Counted from the stretch's first letter, positions 1-12,720 are shown. The stretch: DNA of 64,000 nucleotides from Eledone cirrhosa (GCA_964016885.1 OZ024742.1:18104001-18168000); one strand, 5' to 3'. The notes: a model not told the origin generated them from the sequence alone. A program made the numbers and translations.

Positions 1-1548
1 ATGCAGCTCCTGGACCAGTCGCGCACGTCCTTGTTAATGTTAGTCCACACAAAACGAGCAGAGATGAGTTTCTGTGTAGCCCGGATTCCCGGGTGAGACA
101 AGCAGTGTAAAGCAGAAAAAACTTGTCGACGATGCATCTGTGGTACGTACGGTCGTTCATGACCGGTAGAAAGGTCGCACCAAATTTGTCCCGGAGAAGA
201 AGGAATGGGAACTTGCTGAAACTTGAGGGATGGCGAATCTCAGAGCTTGATACACTCTTCGTCAGTCTCTTGGTCAGCTGCGATCTGTTGAAGCTCGATG
301 CCTGAATGCACATGTATTGCGTTCAGCTGGATTCGGGACAGGGCATCGGCTGCTACGTTGTCTGTTCCCTTGATATGCCGAATCTCAGTTGAATATTGGG
401 AGACAAAATCCAGGTGTCGGAGTTCTCTCGGTAAATGTCGATCAGGTTTGGTACGGAACGTATAAACTAATGGTTTATGGTCCGTGTGGATCACGAAATC
501 TGATCCTTCGAGCATGTGCCGAAAATGCTTAACTGAAAGATAGGTTGCCAAGAGTTCGCGGCCAAAGGTACTTTATTTCGTTTCTGCCGGTTGTAACCGC
601 TTAGAAAAGAAGGATAAGGGTTGCCACACGCCGTCGACATGTTGTTGTAGAACGCCTCCAACCCCCGTGTCTGATGCGTCCACTAGCAGCGAAAGAGGAG
701 CGCCAGACCTGGGGAAAACGAGCATGGAAGCATTTGCCAACATTTCCTTCAGGCGGTTAAAAGATGTTAATTCTTCCTCGTTTAAAGTGATCTCTTCGTT
801 TTTGCGAGTCCGGTTACGAAGAAGGTCCGTGAGGAGTCTGGCTGCGTCGGAACAATGAGGGATGAACCGCCTATAAAAATTCACCAGACCGAGGAATTCA
901 CGCAGTTTCCGAAGTGATGTAGGTGCAGGAAAACTGCGGATAGCTTCTACTTTCTCGGGAAGTGGACGAATGCCGTCTTTATCAATGATGTACCCGAGAA
1001 AGGACAGTGAAGGAACGCCGAGAAGGCACTTGCTGGGGTTGATGATGATACCGTACTCAGCCAAACGTCTGAAAAGGAGATCTAAGTGCTTCTCGTGTTC
1101 ATGCTCGGAAGTACTTGCTACAGCACGTCGTCAATATACGCATATACGAAGGGTAGATCACGTAACACGGTGTCAATAAACCGCTGAAAAGTTTGTGCAG
1201 CGTTGCGCAGACCGAACACCATTCGCAGGAATTCGAATAAACCGAACGGTGTTGTGATTGCGGTCTTCGGAATGTCTGCAGGCTCCATAGGTATCTGGTT
1301 ATATGCACGCACCAAATCTACCTTGAAAAAGATGCGTGCGCCTTGCAGAGAGGCAGAAAAATCGTGCAGGTGAGGTACAGGGTAATTATCGGGCACTGTA
1401 GAATTGTTAAGTGCACGATAATCCCCACATGGTCGCCAATCATTCTCGTTTTTTTAAGGAACAAGGTGTAGGGGTGCAGACCAGTTGCTAGAGGAAGGGC
1501 GAATGATTCCGAGGTCCAGCATGTGTTGGAACTCCTGCTTGGCGATTC
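1..1548 (-). pseudogene. pol: Gypsy pol (RT-RNase H-integrase N-terminus), frameshifted and with stops
   Basis: ORF pieces 1118-1396, 573-1064 and 240-551 carry RT and RNase H motifs; the RH frame is interrupted by a stop at ~573. Confidence 0.9.
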
Positions 1549-2965
1549 TCAATCGTCTGGAGGCAGTCTCCTTGGTCGGGCAGCTGTGGGTGGTCCCTTT
1601 GTCTCGATGTGGTGCGTGAAACTATGCTTAATAGAACCATCCTTAAATACCGGGCGAGTGATGTCTGGATATTTCTGGAGAATGCCGTTGTACCGCGAAG
1701 GCTCTGACTGGCAAATTACAGGGCTCACTGTGGATTGCGTGGTAAATATACCTCTCACAGTGAGGTTTGTGGTGGTGTCAATAAGCCTCCGGTTCTTCAT
1801 ATCCACCAGAAGGTTGAAGTGGTGGAGAAAATTGACTCCTAGGATCGGGGTCGGCAGGTCTGCCACGACGAACACCCATTGAAAACGCCGCCTCAGGCCT
1901 AAATTGAGGGTCAGTGATTTTTCCCCGAAAGTCGGAATTGACGATCGGTTCACTGCCTGCAGAAAGGACGGGGTTGGGTGTCTTTTGCCCGAGATTAGTG
2001 AAACAGGAATAACACTAACCTGAGCTCCTGTATCCACGAGGTAACGGATTCCTGTCGCCTGGTCGTTAATAAAAAATAGACGACTTTTCTTTTCAGTACC
2101 AGGGGTGAACGTCGTCGCTAGGCCCTGGGTGGTATTCCGGAAAGAGCACGGGGCTTTGCACTTAGATGCCTGTGCGCCGAAATTTGAGTGATACCAGCAG
2201 AGGTTGCCAGGCACACGATTTTGACTGGGACTTCTCGATCGTTGACGGTGAAAGGGCCTGGACCGACTGTTACTGCGTCGCCGGTGTGTTTGCAAGGTCA
2301 GGCTCTCTAATTGGTTTGAGAAGGCTTTGATTTGACCAGCCTGCTCTCTGATCATAGCCCGCAGCTCTGAAATCTCGGAGGTGGAGTCTGAGGACGCTAC
2401 GTAACGGTTCGTCCGACGATCTATCTGTGCTACTGAGGCAAAAGGGTTTGATACCTCAGCGATCTTATCTGCGACACACGCCAGTTCCTCCGGGGTTGCT
2501 GACTCGTTAGTCGACGCCAGAATGCCCTGCATCGATAAGGGCAAGCGCTGTATAAACAGCCGTTTCAGCAGATCTTCTGAAAGCGGCTGGTCCTCCATCA
2601 GCTGTCTCATCTTTCGCAATAGTTGGGATGGTTTCCTGTCCCTCAATTCTTCAGACACGAGTTGGTTGAGTCGTCTCTGCTGTGACGCAGTCGTCCGCTT
2701 GATCAATTTCTTGCGGAATAATTCATGACACCGTGCCCGGTGGTGCCATGACGAGGTCTCTCACCTCAGCTAAGACTTCTGGCGGGACAGACCCAATGAT
2801 GTAGGTGAGCTTTGCGGAATCGCTCTTAATTCTGTTCGCGGCGAATTGCGCTTCTATGTGAGCGAACCACAGAGTCGGGTCGTTAGACCAAAAATCGGGG
2901 ACTTTCAATGTTAACGCCGCTTGTGTGGTTGGTATCTCGGCCTCTGTCGTTTGTGACATGTCCAT
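1549..2965 (-). pseudogene. gag: Gypsy gag-protease (split ORFs 2723-2965 and 1549-2706)
   Basis: Gag N-terminal motif, Ser/Arg-rich tract, Cys/His knuckle and DTGA aspartic protease; frame break near 2710-2723. Confidence 0.9.
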
Positions 2966-3005
2966 GTTGATATTTTCTTAGGTGCTGTCTGGTTAAGCGT
3001 TCGAC

Positions 3006-3022
3006 TCACGTTCGGGTCACCA
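3006..3022 (-). promoter_or_regulatory. Primer-binding site complementary to the tRNA-Trp 3' end
   Basis: Minus strand TGGTGACCCGAACGTGA lies 2 nt after the LTR end and is close to the canonical tRNA-Trp PBS TGGTGACCCCGACGTGA. Confidence 0.85.
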
Positions 3023-3024
3023 AT

Positions 3025-3525
3025 TGTAGCGACGTGGTTAGTCAGTCTGGTCACTACTTCTTATCAGATCCGAGAATAGCCCTTAGAAGGACTGTTATCG
3101 CATACGGTCTGATCAGATCTGAAGATAGCCCTTAAAAGGACTGTTGTCGCATATAGCCCTTAAAAGAACTGTTGAGGATGGACAGACGAAAGCACAAGTT
3201 GAAAGGACGAAGCAAGGCGAGATGTAAATTCGATCAGCTATTTATTTTCACATGAAGCGATGATACGAGGTACAAGGCGTGTGTGTGAGTGACAAAGCGT
3301 GGCAGAGGCGAGGAACAACGATACGCGAGTTGACTCTGCCAAATATCGACTGGCGAAGTGTTTGGAACCACTCTATTTATACAGAAATAATCGTTTGATG
3401 TTTAGTCGTTGTGTAGGGATTTATTCTGGTAGATTTTAAGGGTTCTTTTGTTTCACGTTGAGGTAGCTAGCTAACAGGTAGATGGTGCTGTATATTCCAC
3501 ATATGTTATTTCCGGTGGCTGTACA
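3025..3525 (-). repeat. 5' LTR of the Gypsy element (~500 bp)
   Basis: Minus strand starts TGTACAGCC at 3525 and ends GCTACA at 3025, just before the PBS. Minus-strand TATAAAT near 3375-3381 and AATAAA near 3241-3246. Three internal copies of an atagcccttaraagractgtt motif. Confidence 0.85.
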
Positions 3526-3723
3526 TATATATATATGAAGATAAATTAACGGAGCCATAGAGTCGCGTTATTCCCTGTAAATTATGTGCTCAAAGGGAAA
3601 TGAATCCTATACATATTGTATATGTATATATATATGCATGTATATATATGTATATGTGTATATATATGCATGTATATGTGTATTTGTATATATGTATATG
3701 TGTGTATGTATGTATATATATGA

Positions 3724-3811
<88 letters not shown>

Positions 3812-3851
3812 ATATATAGATATAATTTGAATTTTATAGATGTAATCTGAA

Positions 3852-4905
3852 TAGTATGGTAGAATATTAAGTGTTAAATGTTAATTGAACAAGTACAATC
3901 TTCAGGTTCATATTCAGTGGTGACAGTCAAGTTTGCAATTTTCAACTGTAATGAGATGGGTAAATTTTATGCCTTATATACAGTGAAAAGTGGCTACAGA
4001 ATGCTACATTTTGCAAACTGTATTTCGACCAATTGGTGTGTAGTTTCACTGGATTACTGAAGCTGATTGGTTTAGGCGTCATGGTTGGTTGAGCATGTCT
4101 AACGACTTCTATTTGGCTCTATCCAAAGCATCAATTGTTTTGCTATTTTTAGAAATGATGTAAATAGCATTTTCTAGGGTTTTTATACCCCTAAGAATTA
4201 TTATTGTTCATTTAGCTTGGGTTGGAATTTATCAATAAAATTCTTTTCTTTGAATTTTCTCTTGATTTCACTTGGCCTGTGTAATTTGTAGAATGGAAAT
4301 ATTATAAATATTTTCTGACCACATGTTGCTAGATGGTTACTCAGGGGTATCTGACGGACATTTGGGCCTCTGATTTGCTGTCGGTGCACCCGTGCACGTT
4401 CTGATAGTGCTTTTCCAGTTTGACCGACATATAGTTCTTCACAATTCGGGCATTTAATGCAGTAAATTAGATTTCTGCTTCTGCAGTTCATATTTGCATT
4501 TGGGAATATTTTTCAAAATTCCAACCCAAGCTAAATGAACAACAATAATTCTTAGGGGTATAAAAACCCTAGAAAACGCTATTTTCATCATTTTTAAAAA
4601 TAGCAAAACAATTGATGCTTTGAATAGGGCCAAATAGAAGTCGTTAGACATACCCAACCGTGATGCCTAAACCAATCAGTTTCAGTAATCCAGTGAAACT
4701 ACACACCGATTGGTCGAAATACAGTTTGCAAAATTTAGCATTCTGAAGCCGCTTTTCACTGTATATAAGGTACAAAATTTACCCATCTCATTACAGTTGA
4801 AAATTGTAAAATTGACTGTCACCACATAATATGAACCTGAAGATTGCGAAAGCATGAAATTACTTGTTCAATTAATACTTAACACTTAATATTCTACCAT
4901 ACTAT
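3852..4905 (-). mobile_element. Penelope-like retroelement remnant: GIY-YIG endonuclease C-terminus between inverted ~380 bp terminal repeats
   Basis: ORF 4201-4491(-) 'NLIYCIKCPNCEELYVGQTGKALSERARVH..LSNHLATC..EKNFIDKFQPKLN' matches the GIY-YIG domain of Penelope elements. 3852-4230 is the reverse complement of ~4516-4905. Confidence 0.85.
4837..4859 (+). ncRNA. Candidate minimal hammerhead ribozyme core in the Penelope terminal repeat (second copy ~56742-56764)
   Basis: CTGAAGA-t-TGC-gaaa-GCA-t-GAAA matches CUGANGA/stem II/GAAA. Stems I and III are not verified. Confidence 0.45.
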
Positions 4906-5114
4906 TTCATTCTAATACCATTATAATTTTAAAGGATTGTAAATAAAACGAGTAAATCAGACAAAGTTGGAATTCCTTTTATTAATATAATCTTCTATAC
5001 ACAATCATTGGCTACATATATGTTTTATATATATTTTTTTTGTTTAGATGGAAGACAAAACAAAGAAGATGAATACAAAGATGAAGAAGAGAAAGATAAA
5101 GATGAAGAACCTCC

Positions 5115-6060
5115 CTGCACAACACCACACTGCACCGCACCGCACTGCACCGCACCACATCGCACCACATCACACCACACTTCACCACACCACATAAAAA
5201 CATACAACACAACACCACACTCCTCCACACCATATAACACCACAACACAACACACCACTCCTCACTACTCCACTCCACATAACACCACACCACAACACAC
5301 CACCCCTCACTACATCACAGCACACTACTCCACTCCACATCAAAACACACCACTCCTCACTACATCACACCACATTAGAACACACCACATTACTCCACAC
5401 CACATCACACCACAACACACACACCACTCCTCATTACATCACACCACACTACTCCACTCCACATCACACCACAACAAAACACACCACTCCTCACTACATC
5501 ACACCACACTACTCAACACCACATAAAAACACACAACACACCACTCCTCACTACTCCACTCCACATAAAAACACACAACACACCACTCCTCACTAGATCA
5601 CACCACATAAGAACACACCACACTACTCCACATAAAAACACACCACACTACTCCACACCACATAACACCACAACACAACACACCACTCCTCACTACAACA
5701 CAACACACCACACTACACCACACCACATAACACCACAACACAACACACCACACCTCACTATATCACACCACATAAGAACACACCACACTACTCCACATAA
5801 AAACACACCACACTACTCCACACCACATAACACCACAACACAACAGACCACTCATCACTACATCACTCCACATAAGAACACACCACACTACTCCACACCA
5901 CATAACACCACAACACAACACACCACTCCTCACTACAACACACCACACTACTCCACATAAAAACACACCACACTACTCCACACCACAACACAACACACCA
6001 CACCTCGCTACATCACACCACATAAAAACACACCACACTACTCCACACCACATAACACCC
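5115..6060. repeat. Degenerate (CACAC/CACCA)-type pentanucleotide tract (also 7030-7470, 57190-57400, 58518-58770)
   Basis: Visible pentamer periodicity; produces spurious His/Thr-rich ORFs. Confidence 0.9.
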
Positions 6061-7030
6061 AAAATGTTTTCCTCATCTTTTTTTCATGTGTTATTAACTA
6101 ATCTGATCTCCAAGATGTTTGTTATTGACTCTCTCTTCATGGAAAACTTAGGTGGATGCACTTCTCTCATTTAACCCCAGAGTTTTCTCTAAGATTTTTC
6201 GTATGTTATCAACGAATATGACCTCCAAACCAGTTGGAAATGATTAGTTGTTCTAGAAAAAAGGAGGGGTAAAGCAGGTGGAAAAACCATTGTCGTTTTG
6301 TAGATATATACCCTAATGATTTTTCTTTGGTCTCCTTTTGAGTGCTATCAACTAATCTGACCTATTAGTTGCTCTGAATCAATTTTTTTTTCTGGGATTT
6401 GGAAACTAAAACTAAATTAAACATAAAATTAAATCTAGCCCCAACCCTAAACTCTAAATCTAAACCAAACCAAGCTAAATATAAATATAAACATTACCCC
6501 AACCCTTAAACTAAACCATAAACTATACCCCAACCATTAAACTAAACCCTAAACATTACCCCAACCCTAAACTTTACCCCAAACCTAAAACTAAACCCTA
6601 AACTTTACCCCAACCCTAAAACTAAACCCTAAACTTTACCCAAACTCTAAACATTACCCCAACCCTTATCCTAACCCAGGGAAATAATTTGATTGGAAGC
6701 TTCTACGAGGTCAGATTAATTAATAGCACAGGAAATATACCGAAAATGATTAAGTCCCACAACATGTGAGTGGGGTGTAGATCTGCAAAACTCTTCCCCT
6801 CTCCCTCTCCTCTTTCTCCAAAGCTAGTTGTTTTTGACTGGTTTGGAAGTTATATTCACTGATAACGCATGAAAATAGAATCAAAGAGAAAATTCCGAGT
6901 AAGCCGGGGTTATCCGGGTGAAGGGGCAACCACCTCAATCCGCCGTTTTCGTGGGGGGAAAAAGTCAGTTTCAAGCATCTTGGAGATTGGATTAGTTGAT
7001 AGCACATGAAAAATAGGATGAAAAAATTTC
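6061..7030. repeat. Fold-back module: diverged inverted arms (~6061-6380 and ~6700-7030) around a ccctaaa/accccaa tandem tract (6410-6680); duplicate at ~57400-58515
   Basis: 'catgtgttattaactaatctgatctccaagatgttt' (~6085) is the approximate reverse complement of 'agcatcttggagattggattagttgatagcacatg' (~6974). A second matching block lies at ~6200-6310 vs ~6775-6870. Confidence 0.7.
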
Positions 7031-7500
7031 ACATCACATCACACCACATCAAATCACTCCGCACTCCATCACACCACATCTCACCACACCCCATCACACC
7101 ACACCACATCACATCTCACCACATCACATCACACCACACCACATCACATCACACCACATCACGTCACGTCTCGTATCGTCTCGCCTCGCCTCATTTCACC
7201 ACGCCACGCCACATTTCACCACGCCACGCCACATTTCACCACGCCACGCCACATTTCATCACATCACATCACATTTCACCACGCCACGCCACATTTCATT
7301 ACATCACATTTCACCACGCCACGCCACATCACACCACATACTACCACACTACATCCCACCACACTCCACTACACCATATCCCCCACCCTACATCCCACCA
7401 CACCACACCACTGTCCACTACACTAAACCACACTCCACTACACTACACCACACCACACTACACCACACCACTGTCTATTCGACTGTTTTCTATTTCGTAG

Positions 7501-7548
7501 GTATGTCCAGTTACAGTAAGAGAAAGAAAGTTATTTCAAAGGATCTGA
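7501..7548 (+). other. Candidate 48-nt symmetric micro-exon (..MSSYSKRKKVISKDL..); identical copy at 58802-58849
   Basis: Pyrimidine-rich acceptor 'tgttttctatttcgtag' and consensus donor 'GA|gtaagt'; length is a multiple of 3 and the phase-1 frame is open. Confidence 0.5.
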
Positions 7549-7846
7549 GTAAGTAAACACTTCATTGACCATCATTTTAAGCAGAATCTCAGTGTAGTTT
7601 TAAATAGACCTTTTCATATGATTACACCTCAGTCTTAACTTAATCACCTATAGATGGATGCTACATGTAATGTTAAAATTAGTTAAACACTGTTTCCCCC
7701 TTCTCATCACATGTGGATGCTACATGTGTATTGTTAACATTAATCTAACGTTGCGTCGCCCCCCCCCCCCCCCCCCGCCTCACCATATCATACCACACCA
7801 CATCACACCATGTTGTACCACACCAGACCACATAACACCATGCTAT

Positions 7847-7916
<70 letters not shown>

Positions 7917-8410
7917 CTCCCCACTCGTTATATTAACTGTATCTCCTCGGTGTTTCGTGAAAATCTGAGAGATCAGCTATATATTTATTTACAATTTTTT
8001 TAAATATTTAGATGGAAAAGAAGAAAAAGACGATGAAGCAGACGACTAAATTGAAAATGACAACAAAGACAAGAAGACACGGGAAACGAAGATGACGAAA
8101 AGAAGAAGAAAGTATGATCTCAGTTCAGTCTAAACCTAATGATTTATAGATATGATCTTAGTTCAGCCTTAACCTAATGACCTGTAGATATGATCTATTT
8201 AGATTTAACTTAAACATTCAAAGATATTTGTAAATACTTTTGTTGATGTTTGACATTGTTTTTTAGTTATGAAATAGTTTATAAGCTACATTATAGGATC
8301 ACAGTGCATGAGCACACTGCTCTTTAAATTAACTTTATCTCCTCAGCACTTTGTAAAGTCTGAGAGATAGGCAACATATATGTTTTACATTCTTTGTTTT
8401 TGGTATTTAG

Positions 8411-8570
8411 ATGGCAGAGGAGAAGATAAAGGCACAGAAGAAGTCAAAGGCACAGAAGAAGTCAAAGGCACAGAAGCAGTCAAAGGCACAGAAGAAGTCA
8501 AAGGCACAGAAGAAGTCAAAGGCACAGAAGAAGACAAAGGCACAGAAGAAGACAAAGAAAATGAACAATT
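8411..8570 (+). other. Candidate acidic exon with an 18-bp coding-type repeat (KGTEEV)x7; x11 in copy B (60692-60930)
   Basis: Preceded by 'ttctttgtttttggtatttag|ATGG'; repeat unit aaaggcacagaagaagtc. Paralogous acceptor modules at 5048, 8012 and 57129. Confidence 0.45.
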
Positions 8571-8899
8571 ATTATTACTATTATTAATGTTATTATTATT
8601 TGTATTATTATAATCAAACTAAGCCACACTACATCAACCTATACCATACCATACCACACCACACTGACAAACATTATACCATACCACATTATCCAACACC
8701 ACACTACGAAACACTGTACGACCTCACATCAGACCATGCTATGAAACAATATACCATACTACACTATACAACAATAGACAACACCACACAAGACTATGAA
8801 ACACTATACTTTACCACACTATATCACACCACTCAAGTTAGAGAGGATCAACTTTTTTTCTGGAAAGTAGAAAACCTAACTTTAAGCTAAAACCGAACT

Positions 8900-10640
8900 T
8901 TAAAAATAACTTACCCTAACATTTGCACTCACACATGCTCTAACACTTGCACTCACACATGCTCTAACAGTGAACTTAGCGCTAACATGAAAACTAACAC
9001 AAACACAAAATCTGAAAACTAACATTAAATAGAAAACTAACACAAACACTAACCTGAACACTAACACTAACCTGAACACCAGCACTAAAACTAACACTAC
9101 TGTAAACACTAATACAAACACTAAGACTAACCTGAACACTTACACTAAAACTAATATTAGCACAAACATTAGCCTGAACACTAGCACTAAAATTAACACT
9201 ACCATAAACACTAACACTGACCTGAGCACTAACACTAACACAAACACTAATCTGAAAACTGATACTAACCAGAAAACTAAGCTAGCATTAACTTCAACAC
9301 TAAAACAAACACTAACGCTAACAGAGATACTAACACAAATATTAACACAAAATCAAACACTAACACAATCTCTAACACTAACCTCAACACTAACACTAAA
9401 ACTAACATTAACTTGAACACTAACTCTAACCTGAAAACTAAGCTAACATTAACCTGAACACTAACATAAACACTAATGCTAACACTAACAGAAATACTAA
9501 TGCTAACATTAACGCAAACCTTAACACAAAAATAAAGACTAACGCTAACACAATCACTAACACTAATGGAAACATCAAACACTAATGCTAACAGAGATAC
9601 TAACACAAATATTAACACAAAAACAAATACTAACACTAACACAATCTCTAACACTAACCTTAACACTAAAACTAACACTAACATTAACTTGAACACTAAC
9701 ACTAACCTGAACACTTACACTAAAACTAACACTAACAGAGATACTAACACAAATATTAACACAAAAAACAAACACTAACACAATCTCTAACACTAAAACT
9801 AACATTAACTTGAACACTAACACTAAACTGAAAACTAAGCTAACATTAACCTGAACACTAACACAAACACTCATGCTAACATTAACACAAAAACAAAGAC
9901 TAACACTAACACAATCAGTAACACTAATGGAAACATCAATCACTAATGCTAACAGAGATACTAACACAAATATTAACACAAAAACAAACACTAACACAAT
10001 CTCTAACACTAACCTTAACACTAAAACTAACATTAACACTAACATAACTTGAACACTAACACTAACCTGAACACTTACACTAAAACTAACATTAACCTAA
10101 ACACTAGCACTAAAACTAACACTACCATAAACAGTAACACAAACACTGATCTGAGCACTAACAGTAACACTAACACTACCATAAAAACTAACACTAAAAA
10201 AACACTAACACTAACCTGAACACTAACACTAAAACTAACACGAAAACTGATACTAACCAGAAAACTAAGCTAACATTAACCTCAACACTAAAACAAACAC
10301 TAACATTAACAGAAAAACAAAGACTAGCACTAACACTAATGGAAACACTAACACAAACATTAACACAAAATAAAACACTAACACTAATGGAAAAAATAAC
10401 ACTAACACTACCGTAAACACTAACACTAACCTGAACACTAACACGAACATTAACCTGAACACTAACACTACCATAAACCACTAACCTGAGCACTAACACG
10501 AGCCCTAACATGAAAACTAAGTCAGCATTAACCTGAACACTAACACAAACACTAACACTAACACTAACAAAAATGCTAACACTAATACAAAATCAAACAC
10601 TCACACGAACACTAATGGAAACACTAACACTAACGCCAAC
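8900..10640. repeat. Degenerate (ACTAAC)n hexamer low-complexity tract (copy B 61250-63060)
   Basis: Hexamer periodicity with internal longer duplications. Confidence 0.9.
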
Positions 10641-12720
10641 GCTGACACTGACGAAGATGGCTATGCTGGCACAAACGCTAGCGCAAATGTTGACACAATC
10701 GCTTAAGCTGACACAAACACTAACGTGAATACTGATGCAGGTGCAAAGGCGAATGCTGACAAAGACTCTGACGCACACGCTGATGTAAATGCTACACAGA
10801 CTCTAACGCTGACGTGGACACTGACACAAATGCTCACGCTGATGCAAACACTAAAGCAAATGCAGACACTAATGCAAACACAGACGCAAATGTTGATGCA
10901 GATGTTAAAGCAAACGCAAACGATGACAGCGATGCTAATGTGAACCTTAATGCAGACGTAAACATTGGTGTAGAAGCTAAAGGAAACACTGATGCAAACA
11001 CTAATGAAAATGCTGACACAGATGCTAACACACGTTAACACAGATGCTAACGTAAACACTGACGCAGACGCTAATATAAACACTGACGCAGATGCTAATA
11101 TAAACACTGACGCAGACGCTAACATAAACGCTGACACAGATGCTAACACACGTTGACACAGACGCTAACGTAAACGATGACGTAGTAGCTAACGTAAATG
11201 CTGACACAGACGCAAATGTAAACGCTGACACTGATGTAGATGTAAATACAGACGCTGACGTAGAAGCTAACACAAACGCTGACGACACTAATGTAAGCGC
11301 TGACGTAGAAGCTGATGTAGATGCTGATGTAGAAGCTAACGTAAACGATGACGTAGATGTTAACGTAGAAGCTGACGTAGAAGCTAACGTAGATGTTGAC
11401 GTAGAAGCTAACGTAAACGCTGACGTAGAAGCTAACAAAATGCTGACGTAGTTATTAACGTAGATGCAGGCGTAGAAGTTAGCGTTTATCCCTACCGCCG
11501 AAGCTGATCTCCAAAACGCAATTGCTGATGCGGATTGCTGAAGCCAAAGCCAAGCTAACGCTGACGCAAATGTTGAGGCAGTTTTGCCGGCGCTGACGTG
11601 TATGCTGACGCTAATGCAAATGCTGATGCGGACGCTAGGGCTAAGGCTAACGCTAACGCTGCGAAAATGCTGAAGTTAACGCTTACATGGGATATGCAGA
11701 CGCTGCAATGATGAGGACGCCACAGGAAAGGTTGATGGAAACGCCAATGCTAACGGAAATGCTGACCAAGACGTTACGGAAATGCTGACGTAGAAGCTAA
11801 CGTAAACGCTGACACAGACGCTAACGTAAACACTGACGTTAACTGAAACGCTGACGCAGATGTAGATGTAAATACTGACGCTGACACAGACGTGGTCGGA
11901 AACGCTGACGTAGAAGCTAACGTAAAAGCTGACACAGACGCTAACGTAAACACTGACGTTAACTGAAACGCTGACGCAGATGTAGATGTAAATACTGACG
12001 CTGACACAGACGTGGTCGGAAACGCTGACGTAGAAGCTAACGGAAATGCTGACGTAGAAGCTAACGGAAATGCTGACGTAGAAGCAAACGGAAACACTGA
12101 CACAGACGCGAACGGAAATGCTGACAAAGACGTTAAAGGAAACGCTGTCGCTAATGCTAATGTGAATGCTGATGCAGATGCTGACGCAAATGCTAACCCC
12201 TACACAAATGCAAACTCTGATGCTAACACTGACTCAAACACTAATGCAAATGCTGACGTGCACGCTGATGCAAACGCTGACACTGAGGGAAATGCTGACA
12301 CTGACACAAGTGCTGACGCGGACGCTAATGATAATTCTGACTCGGAAGCTGACGTAGACGCAGGCACTGAAACAAACACTAATGTTGACTCAGACGCTAA
12401 GGGAAAAGCTGACACAATCACTATCACCAATGCAGACGCTGACGCAAATGCCGACATAGATGCTGACACTTACGCAAGCACTAAGGCTAATCTAAACACT
12501 AACGCAGATGCTAACACCATTCTACATAGACACTAACACAACAGCTTACATAGACGCTTATGCAAATGCTAAAGCTGATGCAGACAGTAACACAAACAGT
12601 AACAGTAAGAGTAACAGTTACAGTAACACTAACAGTGACAGTAATGCTAACAGTAACACAGTCACTAACAATAAACTTACCATTAACAGCAAAACTTACC
12701 CTAACACTAACCCTAAATCT
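10640..12720 (+). pseudogene. Coding-like Ala/Val/Thr-Asp/Asn/Glu dipeptide-repeat region, frame-disrupted (copy B 63060-64000)
   Basis: ORFs 10814-11038, 11140-11451 and 12012-12536 read ANVNADTDANVNAD../ADVEANGN..; third-position variation GCT/GCA/GCG, GAC/GAT, AAC/AAT; several frameshifts and stops; ~120-bp tandem duplication at ~11780-12020. Confidence 0.4.

Larger units (their letters stand above)
1..3525 (-). mobile_element. Ty3/Gypsy LTR retrotransposon, 5' portion (LTR-PBS-gag-PR-RT-RH-IN start), disrupted; continues beyond the left edge
   Basis: Domain order PR-RT-RNaseH-IN on the minus strand. Gag 'DFWSNDPTLWFAHIEAQF' and 'CWYHSNFGAQASKCKAPC'; protease 'YLVDTGAQVSVIP'; RT '[29 protein letters not shown]'; RNase H 'VDASDTGVGGVLQQ', 'HTDHKPL', 'NVAADALSRI'; integrase zinc region 'LHCLSHPGIRATQKLISARFVWTNINKDVRDWSRSC' at 1-115. 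Confidence 0.95.
3526..11673 (+). repeat. Segmental duplication, copy A
   Basis: Colinear high similarity with 53340-64000, e.g. 'atgaagataaattaacgga..catagagtcgcgttattccctgtaaattatgtgct' at ~3535 and ~53351; 7501 vs 58802; 8411 vs 60692; 11635 vs 63960. Confidence 0.95.

Noticed and set aside
1-2965. Active or domesticated Gypsy genes
   Set aside because: Multiple frameshifts and stops in gag and pol indicate ordinary decay.
6410-6680. Telomere or interstitial telomeric repeat
   Set aside because: Units are irregular (ccctaaa, accccaa, actaaa), not clean (CCCTAA)n, and they are embedded in a duplicated fold-back module.
5008-7500. His/Thr-rich proteins (ORFs 5008-5526 and 7006-7500)
   Set aside because: They arise from pentanucleotide repeats whose period is not a multiple of 3, and their length and frame differ in copy B.
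8900-10511. Hydrophobic Leu/Val-rich membrane-protein ORFs on the minus strand
   Set aside because: Antisense readings of (ACTAAC)n low-complexity DNA, open in several frames at once.
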